This document shows positions 30,001 through 42,000 of a stretch of 64,000 nucleotides of DNA, piece by piece (the first letter of the stretch is position 1; every line of letters starts with the position of its first letter). Origin of the DNA: an uncultured Coriobacteriia bacterium (GTDB lineage: Bacteria > Actinomycetota > Coriobacteriia > Coriobacteriales > QAMH01); assembly GCA_948466335.1 (NCBI GenBank), contig CAOKAE010000001.1:162664-226663 (forward strand). The letters run 5' to 3'. The notes under the pieces were generated by a model, which saw only the letters and a list, made by a program, of their open reading frames with translations, had not been told where the DNA came from and ran no database searches. The position numbers and the translations under genes were made by a program.

Positions 30001-33000
30001 CCTTCTCCACCGTCATCGACGGCAAGACCTACACCACGACGGCCACGGGCATCATCGGCGCCGGCGGCGCCCTCAAGCTTACGCTCGTCTTCGCCGCGCA
30101 ACAAAACGACCTCATCTACGACGTGAATGCCGCCGAGGATGCGGCCAAGGGCAACGCCGGCTGGGTCATCTCCGACCAGTCGCCCAAGCCCGCCCCGCGC
30201 ACCGGAACCACCGTCACCTTGCCCGACGCCACGACGCTGTATCGCTTCGGCTACGTCTTCGGCGGCTGGAACACCATGGCCGACGGTTCGGGCGACACCT
30301 ATGCGGCCGGCGCGAGCTTCGTCACCGGCAACACCGCCCAGACGCTCTATGCCGTGTGGACGCCGGGCAACGCCGACTACTTCATCGACTACTACAAGGT
30401 GCGCGGCGATGGTACCGTCGAGCTCTATGATTCCGTGATCCTGACGGGAATCACGGAGCGGACCGTGACCGTCACCGACGAGCAGAAGAACTACCGCATT
30501 CCCGAGGGTTACGCCTACGCCGCCGGCCATAGCGGCGAGGTCCTTTCGGGCGTCGTTACCGGCTGGTCGGGCAACAGGGCGGGCGACACCTCGGGCGCGC
30601 TGCACCTTAAGCTCTACTACGAGCCCACCAACAGCACCGAGTACCGCGTCGTGCGCTGGGCTGCCACCGGTGACGGCAAGCTCGTGGCCGTCGACGCCAA
30701 CGGCAACCTCAACTTCGACATCGCCCTCGAGCCCACGGCCGACGGCAGGCTCGTGCAGCTCGACGCCAAGGGCAATCCCGTTGCCTGGCTCAACGCCGAC
30801 GGCACGCAGTACGTCATCACGTCCACCGAGCATCGCCAGGTGTTTGATGCCGACGGCAATCCCGTCCGACAGCCCGTGATCGGCGAGGACGGCAATCCCG
30901 TCAAGGACGAGAGCGGAAACGTCGTCTACGAGGACGTCTACGAGGACGTTACCGTCTACAACGTCCAGTACCGTTATTGGTCGCTTCTGCCCAACGGCTC
31001 CGTTGTCCCGCTGGACGTGGCCGGCATCGTCGACGCGACCTTCGGCGCGAAATTCCTCGATGGCAATGGGTGCATCACCTCCACGCTCGACGGCGTCACC
31101 TACCACCTGCCTGCGTTTGCCACGCCGTACCTCATCGTGCACGCCAACGGCAAGGCCGACGCCATGGCCAATGCCGCCGCGACGACCGATGAGGTCGCGG
31201 CCAATCCCAACGTCAACGCTCACGACAACGTCGCTATCCAGGGCTTCGAGTTCCTGGCGCACGGTTCCACGACGCGTCTGGGCGATGCCGCCGAGACCAA
31301 GGTCACGACCGTGGCCCAGGGCTCCATCGCCGCCGACGGCAGCCTCGTGCTCACGCTCTACTACTACGCGGTGCGCTCCATGCTCACCTTCGACCCGGGC
31401 ACCGGCGCCGATGGCACCACCGTGGGTAGCTGGTTCAATGGCGAGGACCTTTCGGCCGAGTACATGCCCAACGAGGTCGTGACGCTGCCCACCGGCACCA
31501 ACCTGCGCCGTCCCGGCTACACGCTCGCCGGTTGGACCACCATCAAGAACTTCGTCGAGAACATGGGGACAGACCCCCGCTTCTCGATCGGCTCCGACGG
31601 CGACAGCCTCGTGGGCGTCGCCATGGGCCAGACGGCCATCGACCTGCAGGCCTGGCTCGCGACGCTCGGTGGCCAGTACTTCACCACCACCTTCACGATG
31701 CCGCGCGGTGCGACCACGCTGTATCCGGTGTGGCTGCCGCGCAACGACACCGTCTACACCGTCGAGTACTACAAGCATCGCGGCGATGACACCGTCGTGC
31801 TCGATGCCACCGTCCAGTACACGGGCATGACCGATACGCTCGCCAAGGCCGGCCTCGTCTCCACGGGCATGATTGACGGCGTCGCGGTCGACGACGTGAA
31901 CCGCTACGGCACGGCGTTCTACAAGCTCGTCGACAAGGACGGCAATCCCGTCCTCACGGTGACCGACAAGAACGGCAAGGTCTGGATGGCGCTTCTCAGC
32001 TTCAACATCGCCGCCGACGGCTCCACCGTCCTCAAGGTCATCTACGAGGCCCAGGAAATCGACTACACCGTCATCTGGTACAAGTTCACCGGTAACGAGG
32101 CCTTCGTCGAGGCCAAGACCGAGACGCGCCGCGGCCTGGTCGACGGCCCCGTGTCGGTCACCGACGCCGACCTCAAGGTCGCCTTCGACGGCTACAAGTA
32201 CTATCCCGGCTTCTCGCTCAGGGGCCAGCGCGAGCTTCTCTCCGCCGACATCGCCTCCGACGGGTCCACCATCCTCAAGATCTTCTACGAGGCCCAGGAC
32301 GTCACGCTCTTCCTCGACCTCGGCAGCTTCGGCGCCTGGTCGGGCCAGGAGCACGACGCCGACAAGTACAAGGCCGACCGTACGGTCAAGCTCTCCACGC
32401 TCGTCGAGCGTCCCGGTTACGACTTCATCGGCTGGGCTTCCATCGCCGACGGCAAGGATACGAAGGGCAGCGCTTCGATCACGCTGGCCGATGCCATGGT
32501 CAAGGCGCTCAACGACGCCATCGCCGCCGGCACGACGACGCTCGACGCCAACGGCAACATCGTGTTCGCCTATGGCGGGTCCGGCATCACCCTCATTCTC
32601 GCGAGTGGCGACGGCAACTACACGCTCGGCGCCGTCAACGTCACGCTCTATGCGGTGTGGAAGGCGCGCAATGACAGCGTCTACACCGTGCAGCACTACC
32701 GCGTCACCGGCGACGGCACGCTCAAGCCGGTCATCACCGATACCTACACGGGCATCACCGACGATCCCATCAACGTCAGCGCCGAGCACTACGACTACGT
32801 GGCGGGCACGGGCAACACGGCGGGTAACGTCGCCGCGTTCCAGGGCTACGCCTACGCCCCCGGCTTCAGCAAGGTGATTGGGGGACAGACCCTCGCCGAA
32901 ATCGCTGCGGGCACGATCCTCGCCGACGGCTCCCTCGTGCTCAAGCTCTACTACGAGGCCATCGACCAGTCCATCACGCTCAACACCGGCGCGGGCGCGT

Positions 33001-36000
33001 GGAACGGCAGTGAGAACTTCTACAACGCCACTTGGAACGCGGACAAGACGCAGGGTGTCGACAACACCGTCAAGACCGAGACGACGCTCACCGTTCCGAG
33101 CCGCGATTCCGCTTCGCGTCCGGGCTACACGCTCGTCGGATGGACGACGATTACCACCTACGACATCGTGGGCGGCAAGATCACCGCCGGCTCGCGTTAC
33201 AACATCGCCGACGCGACCGGCCAGACCGCACGCGACGTGGTCGCGTGGCTCGAGAGTCTCAACGCCGCGCTCGCCGCCAATCCCATCACGGGGGGGACAG
33301 ACCCCAACGCCGGACGCCAGTACTTCGCCTGCGGCACCTCCTTCGTGCTGCCGGCCGGTGGTGCGACGCTCATCGCCGTGTGGCAGGCCAACACCAACAC
33401 GACCTACACCGTCGAGCACCATAAGCTCGTGATGGATGCCGCCGGCAACGTCGTCGACACGATCGTGCTCACCGAGAGCCTCACCGGCATCACCGACGAG
33501 CAGGTCACGGGCATCGCCCAGACCTACGCCGGCTACACCTTCGTGGCCAACGGGCAGACGGCCTACCCCGGCCAGGCCTACGTGACCTTCGCCCAGGGCA
33601 CCATCGCCGGTAACGGCAGCCTCGTGCTCAAGCTCTACTACAAGGCCAACACCAATACGAAGTACACGGTCGAGCGCTGGATCGCGAGCGCCGATGGCAA
33701 GCAGCTCACCAAGGTCGACGAAAAGGTCCTGACGGGCACCACTGACACCTCCGTCACGCCCGGCTCCACCAATCCGCTGGGCTACACCCTCGACAACAGC
33801 TTCGTGCCCTCCACGATCTCGGGTACGGGCGCCTGGCCCAACGCGGCCATTCCGACCGCCATCATCGCCGGTGACGGCACCACGAGGATCATCCAGTTCT
33901 ACGTGCCCATCGACGTGCTCTACACCGTCGAGTTCTACCGCTACACCGGCGACGGCAAGGTCCTGCCCTTCAACGGCTTCGAGGCGAGCGCCGGCAAGAA
34001 CTACGCCGAGTTCATCGCCGGAGGGTCTGTCCCCGTCTTCATCGCCGGCACCTCCACCGGTGCGGCCACCAACGTGATCAAGGGCTGGGGCAAGACCTCC
34101 TCGACGCTGTCGGTCGACCGTCCCGCCGGCATCAGCGCCTCGGCCGGATTCACCTACGCGCACCTCAACCTCTCGGCTGCCGAGAACGCCAACTTCATCG
34201 GCTACACCTATGACGAGACCTTCGAGCAGGTCATCGGTGGCGTCACGTACAAGACGGTCGCCCAGGGCGTCATCCTCGCCGATGGCAGCCTGGTGCTGAA
34301 GCTGTTCTACGTGCCCGAGACGCTCTCGGTCACCTACAACACCGGCAGCGCCTCCACGACGGTCACCTTCCAGAAGAACCACACGTCGGAGTCGACCTTC
34401 AAGCTGCCCCTCGAGACCACCGAGGGTCCGGTCGTTGACCGCGCCGGATACACGCTGGTGGGCTGGACCGTCGCGAGCCACTACACCGGGTCGGGCACGG
34501 CCGAGAGCCCGTTTGCGCTGGCCGCCGCCAACGCCGCCGGCGCCAAGTCCATCAGCGCCGCCACCGGCTACGAGGCCCAGCGCCTCGCCGTCTGGCTCGC
34601 AACGCTGGGGACAGACCCCGACTTCGCAACGCATTGGGGACAGACCCTCACGCCCGACCTGGCCGCCCAGATGGGCAAGACCTACTACGCCCAGGGCTCG
34701 TCCTTCAAGATCGGCGTGCTGTCGATGAACCTGTACGCGGTCTGGACGCCCACGGGCACCACCGAGTACACGGCCGACATCTACAAGATCAAGGGCGACG
34801 GCACGATGGAGCTCGTCGGCACCAAGACCTACACCAACGGCGTTGCCGACGAGGACACCAACACGCTGGCCAAGCTGCCCGCCCAGAGCAGCGCGGACGT
34901 CTACGACAAGTCGCTCGACACCGAGTTTGGCCTGGCCGGCTATCGCTGGGTCGCCTCCACCGAGGATGGCCAGACCATCGACGCCGGCATGCCGGCCAAC
35001 ACCATCGCCCACGCCATCGTCAACGCTAACGGCACCACCAAGCTCATCTTCATCTTCAGGGCCATCGAGGTCGAGTTCCAGGTCAAGCGCTACCGCGTCG
35101 ACGGTGACGGCAACATCATCGAGGTCGATGTCGACGGCAATGACATCACCGACGATGCCACCGCCAAGCGCTTCACGCACAAGGGCCTCACCGACGCCAA
35201 CGTCAACGTGACCGCCACGGCCGATGACATGGCCGGCACCGACGCCAGTGGCTTCAAGGGCGGCTGGTACTACTTCATCGACAACCTCGACAATGTCGGC
35301 ATGGTCACCGCCCTCGACGGCAGCCTCATCGCGGCCTTCACCTATGACGCGACCTACGCCGGCAACCTGTCCACGGGCGTCATCGCCGGTGACGGCAGCC
35401 TCGTCCTCAAGCTCTTCTACCTGCCCGGCAACTTCACCTTCGCGCTGGATCCCGGCGCCGGCACGTGGGGGACGGACCTCTTCGACGCGGCCCAGACCCA
35501 GGAGGGCACGCTCGAGACCACGACGAGCATCTGGTATCGCCACTACGGCGCCAGCACCACCATCACGCTTCCCACGGCCAGCGAGCTCACGCGCGAGGGT
35601 TACGTGCTCGCGGGCTGGATGGTCGGCAACGACGTCGAGAACGCGATGCGCTTCGACGTGCTCGGCCCGGTCATCACCTACACTATGCCGGTGGGCGAGG
35701 TCATGCTCAGGCCGATCTGGACCGGCCTCGAGACGGCCTACATGGTCTACCACGTCAAGGTGCGCGGCGATGGCACGCTCGAGTACTACATCGGCTCCAA
35801 CAAGGTGGCCGCCGGTACCGGCGAGATCGTCCGCGGCACCACCGGCCTGACCGCACAGGTGACCGCCAACAGCTACGCCGGCTACGAGGCCATCGCCGAC
35901 CTCGTGAGCTACACCTACATCGGCGCCGACGGCGTCAGCCACACGGTCACGACGGCCGCCAACGTGCTCATCGAGTGGGGCGGTGCCTTCGACGGCGTCA

Positions 36001-39000
36001 ACAAGGGCAAGACCGCGGTCTACATCTACTACAAGCCGCTCGTCGTGAAGTACATGGTCGAGCACTGGGCCATCTCCGGCGACGGCACGCTCTACGCCAT
36101 CGATGCGGACGGTAACCTCCTGCGCGACGCCAACGGCAACCTCGTGGCGAGCCCCAACGCCGTGCGTGGCGAGCACGAGGGCTACTCCGACGCCCACATC
36201 TACGTCCTGGGGTCTGTCCCCGCTGATGCGGTCGCGGGCACCTACACGACCTACAGCCCCTGGAGCATCGCCGGTTACGAGTACGTGCTCGGCGCCATCG
36301 CGAGCATCAACGGCAAAGGCCCGTGGACCGACGGCATGCTGACGAGCGGCATCTACGTCGCACCCGACGGCACGCTCGTCCTCAAGCTCTACTACGTCGC
36401 CAAGAACCTGACGCTCACCTACGATCCGGGCGCCAACGGCTCCATCACCGCCGGTGGCAATCAGGGGACAGGCCCCGTCGATGTCACGCATCGCGCCGAC
36501 CACACCTTCAAGCTGCCCGCGGCCACCGACGAGAAGCTCACCGTGAGCCGTCCGGGCTACGTGCTCAAGGGTTGGACGACGCTCATGAGCTACGGCGTCG
36601 CCGCTGATGGCAGCATCGTCTCGGCCGATACCGCCGGCGCTATCGTCAAGCTCATCGCCGACGCCAAGGGCGCCGAGGCCGAGGCCGTCATCGCCTGGCT
36701 CGAGAAGCTGGGGACAGACCCCCAGGGCCGTCCGTACTACTACCTCAACGGCGCGACCTTCCTCATGCCCACCGCCAACGAGACCCTGTACGCGGTCTGG
36801 ACGCCGCGCTCCGACATCGTCTACACCGTCGAGCACTGGCTCATCACCGGCGATGGCACCTTCTCGCCGCTGGACAAGAACGGCAACGTCATTCGCGACG
36901 CCAACGGCGCGCTCGTCACCGGCACGCCCAACACGAGCGCCGATGCCTCCGACACCACCAACGCGGCCTACCGCGTCACCTACAACAACGGCAAGTCCGA
37001 CGTCGTCTTCGACCTCGACGCCATCGGCGGCTACGTCCGCACGGTCGCCGGCTACACCTACCTGCTCAACAACGCGAGCTTCACCATCGCGGGCGCGACG
37101 GGCACCACCTACGCCGTGAAGACGATCAGCGCCGACGGCAAGACGGTCTTCTACCTGTTCTACCGTGCCAACGAGAACACGATCCGCTTCGAGGTCGGCT
37201 CGCTCGGCACCATTGACGGCGGCACGCTCGACGCGACCGAGAACGTCAACTTCATCACGCAGAAGCACTACACCGACGACAGCTTCGACCTGGCAGACGT
37301 TCCCACCCCGACGCGTCCCGGCTACGACTTCCTCGGCTGGACCATCGCCGACAAGAAGGGGACAGACCCCATCAACGACGCGATGGGCTACACCGCCCAG
37401 CAGATCGTCACCTGGCTCGAGGCCCAGAACGCGGGCAAGGGGACGTACCTCAAGCTGTTCTTCAAGTCGGGCACGAACTTCACCTACCTCACGCCGACCG
37501 GCGACATCACCCTGCGCGCCGTGTGGACGCCGCAGCTCGTCGACTACACGATCAACCGCTGGAAGGTCACCGGTAACGGCGACAAGGTCGAGCTCGACTC
37601 CGTCACCTACAAGGGCTACGCCGATACCGAGGTCCGCTTCGACGCCGCCAAGACCGAGTACAAGGACGGCATCACCTACCTCAAGGTCGACGTGCCCACG
37701 GGCTATCGCTTCCTGGCCGCGGGCACGAGCGAGATCTACACCGGCACCAACAAGCTGACCCAGTCGTTCAGGACCGACGCCTACGGCAACGTCCTTCCCA
37801 ACGGCACGGCGAAGTTCACGCTCTGGTACCTGCCGAAGACCTTCAAGCTCGAGCTCGAGCTCGGCACCCTGGGCACCTGGAACGACACCACGACGGGCAC
37901 CAACACCGGCACGCTGAAGACCGTCGAGTATGACGCGGAGTCCGTCCACGAGATGCTCGGCTACCTCTCCGCGAGCCGTCCGGGCTACACGCTCGTTGGC
38001 TGGTCGTCCAGCGACTTCAGCGCGCTCAAGGGAGAGGCGTCGCAGGCCAAGTGGCTCGAGCTCGCCGCCTCGGCCGTCGGCGCGGACTGGGTGCGCGTCA
38101 CCACGGTCCTGAAGTCCGACGCCACGGGCACGTCGCTAACCGGCTACACCTACGCCTACATCGCCAACAGCTACGAAAACATCAAGTACATGTACACGAT
38201 GGGCCTCGCGGGCGTGAAGTTCTACGCCGTGTGGCGCGCCAACGACGACACGGTCTACTACGTCGACCACGTCCGCTGGGAGGGCAACAGCACCGCCAAG
38301 ACCACCATCACCGAAGAGTTCCGCGGCATGACCGACAAGAACTACACGGCCGCCCCGTTCAACACCATGCTCGCCGATCCGCGCTACAACACCAGCTTCA
38401 CCGGCTACGGCTACAACGGCACGGATCCCAAGCCCAGCACGGCCACGAAGGCGGTCACCGGCGACGGCACCATGCGCATCACGCTCAACTACTTCGCCCA
38501 GAAGCTCAACCTCACGCTCGAGTCCACCGGCGGCACCTGGTCGACGACCTGGAATCCCGAGCACCTGACCGAGTCGAGCTTCAACCTGCCGACCAACGCC
38601 GACATCAAGCGCCCGGGCTACACGCTCGTGGGCTGGTCGACCACCAATCCCGACGATGGCCTGACCGGCAACATCAAGGGCCTCGCCTCGCAGGTCAAGG
38701 CCGGCCAGCTCGCGGCGATCACCGGCAACGACACCGCCAACGGCGGCGCCAACTGGATCACGGTCGCCACGACCTCCGACGGCAAGACCTACGTCTTCGT
38801 CACGCCGGGCTACAAGATGCCAACGAGGGGACAGACCCTGTACGCCGTCTGGTACGCCAACAACGACACGAAGTACGCGGTCGAGCGTTGGGTCGTCTCC
38901 GGTGACGGCGTCCGCTACGCCCTCAAGGCCGACGGCACGCTCGAGCGCGATGCCAACGGCCTGCTCGTGACCAGCGACAAGGCCGACAGCGCCCATTCGC

Positions 39001-42000
39001 TGAGCTACGTGGGCACCACCGACGAGGAGGCGTGGGCCGACGCCATCGATGGCTCCATCGTCTACCGCACGAACGACACCCTGCTCACCATCACTGGCTA
39101 CGCCTACGCCGCCGATGGCGAGACGATCGTCGCCAAGGACGGCGTCGTGACGATCGGGGGACAGACCCTCAAGACCGACGCCCGCGCGACCATTACCGGC
39201 GACGGCAAGATGACCCTCGTGCTCTACTTCAAGCCGCTGCAGTTCACGCTCGACTTCTACATCGGCGCGACGAGCACGCCCAACCTGAGCGCCACGCCGG
39301 CACGGGCCACGCTCTATGCCGACCAGACCTACACGCTGCCCACCTCGACGGTCACGCGTAGCGGCTACACGCTCAAGGGCTGGACGAACAGCCAGTACGC
39401 GAGCACTGTCGATGCGGCCACGATCATCTCCGACCTCAAGGGCATCAAGTCCCAGAACGCCTACACGGCCGTGAGCGCCAGCACGGGCCGCGATGCTGTG
39501 ACCGGCAAGGTCTTCACCGCCGTGACAAGCGGGGGACAGACCCTCTACATCATGCCGACGGGCAACGTGACGCTCTACGCCACCTGGCGCGCCAACGACG
39601 ACACGCAGTACCTTGTCGAGCGCTGGGTCGTCTCCGGCGACGGCACCCGCTATGCGGTCACCTCCGATGGCAAGCTCGTCCGCGATGCCAACGGCAAGCT
39701 CGTGACCAGCTCGGCTGCCGATGCGAACCACGTCGTCAAGCACGTGGGCATCACCGATGAGGAGGCCTGGGCCGACGCGAACGTGGCCGGAACGAGCTAC
39801 CGCAACGACGATTCCGCGCTCACCTTCGCCGGCTACGCCTTCGCGGCCAACGGCGAGACGGTCATCGCCAAGGACGGCGCGACCGCCTTCACCACCATCG
39901 CCCGCAAGGTCATCACCGGCGACGGCAAGATGGTCCTCGTGCTGTACTACAAGCCCAAGCTCAACACCATCACCTTCAACTTCGGCAGCGGCACGAGCAC
40001 CGGCGCGCCCGCGACGATGCAGGTCTACACCGACCAGACCGTCGAGCTGTCCGCCGATGCCGAGCGCACGGGCTACGACCTGGTCGGCTGGTCCAACGTC
40101 CCGACCTACAGCGTGAAGGTCGACGGTGCCGCCACGGCCGCGACCGTCAACGTCGGCACCTCCAAGGGCCTGGCTTCCCAGGCCGCCGCTGATGCGGCCA
40201 AGGCCAACACCAAGCGCACCTCCGACAAGGGCGCCGCCTTCACCGCCGTGACGATCGGGGGACAGACCCTCTACATCATGCCGACCGACGCGAGCATCAC
40301 GCTCTATGCCACCTGGCGCGCCAAGTCCGACACCGTCTTCTACGTCGACCGCTACAAGGTCACCGGTGACGGCGTGGTCGTGCCCATCGACGCGAACGGC
40401 AAGGACCTCGCGGCCCTCGTCTCGCTGCGCTTCACCGGCGTCACCGACGAGACCGCCACCGCCGGCGCCAAGAGCGGCCCGAAGCCCTGGAACACCGCCG
40501 CCTACGGCGCCCTGGCCGGCTACTACACGATCGCCAACGGCACGAGTGACCGCGTCATGCTCAAGGACGGCAGCGGCTACGTCGTCATGACCACCATCAG
40601 CGCCGGCGTCATCGCCGGTGACGGCAGCCTGCACCTCGTCGTCTACTACTTCCCGCTGGCGGACCGCGTCCTCGACCTCGACGTCGGCGACGGCACCTGG
40701 GAGCCCGGCAAGGAATCCCAGTACAGCGGCAACAAGCACGCCACCGAGTCGAGCTTCACGCTGCCCACCAACGCCGACGTCAAGCGTCCGGGCTACACGC
40801 TCGTGGGCTGGGCCATCGACAAGAACGGCCTCATGGCCGCCGGAAAGGACACCGCCAAGGGCGCGGCGTCGCAGCAGTCCTACCTCACGCTCGCCGCCGG
40901 CAAGACCGGCTACATCGCCGATGGCGGCGCCGAGTGGATCGCCGTGATCTCCGGCTACGATGCGTCGACCTTCACCTACACCTTCATCGGTGCCGATGAC
41001 GTCATCTACGTCATGCCCACGAACGCCAAGGTCATGCTGCGTGCCGTGTGGCGCGCCAACGACAACACGCCGTACTACGTGTCGCGTTGGGGCATCAACG
41101 GCGACGGCGTCGCCTTCCCGTTCAAGCAGGACGGCACGGTCGACATGAACGGCGACCAGATCGTGATCCATGACGATCCCGCGTGGATCAAGGCCAACTA
41201 CGTCGTCCATTACGGCATCACCGACGAGATCGCCTGGGCCGATGCGAACGTCGACGGCGTCTCCTACCGCAACGCCGACAACATCGAGGTGAACGGCTAT
41301 AGGTACCTCCCGACCGACGATCCCGCGTTCGACTCGATCGGCGGCAACCTCAACACGATGGCCCGTGCGGTCATCAAGGCCGATGGCAGCATGGTGCTCA
41401 TGCTCTACTACAACGCCAAGGACAACATCACCTACTCCGTCTACCACGTGCGCGTCACCGGTGACGGTACGGTCAAGAACCTCGTCAAGCAGGAGTTCAT
41501 GAAGAAGAACAACTCCTACGTCACCGTCGACAACCTTGATTACAACGGCCTCGACGACAGCCGCTTCCTCGGCTACGAGTACGTCGACTCCATCGTCATC
41601 AACGGCGTCACCTACTACTCGCATATTGCCGGTAACGTCTACGACGGCCTCATCCTGTATCGCTACTACAAGGCCATCTACGACGAGGGCGACAAGGGCA
41701 TCCACCTCGAGCTCAATCCCGGAATGGGCATCTGGGTGAACACCGGCGAGTCCACGCCGTCGATGATCCCCGGCACCTCGAACAGCTCGCACGACACCTT
41801 CGCCGCCGAGACCACGATCACGCTTCCGGGCGCCGACCAGCTCTACCGTCCCGGCTACGAGTTCGTCGGATGGTCCGACATGCCCGACGGTGCGGATGCG
41901 AAGGGCAACTACTCCGTGATCACGTCCGACCACCTGATGAGCGTCGATCCCGAGACGGGCCAGTACACCGACGTGCTGCGCGCCCTCATCATGAGCCTGC

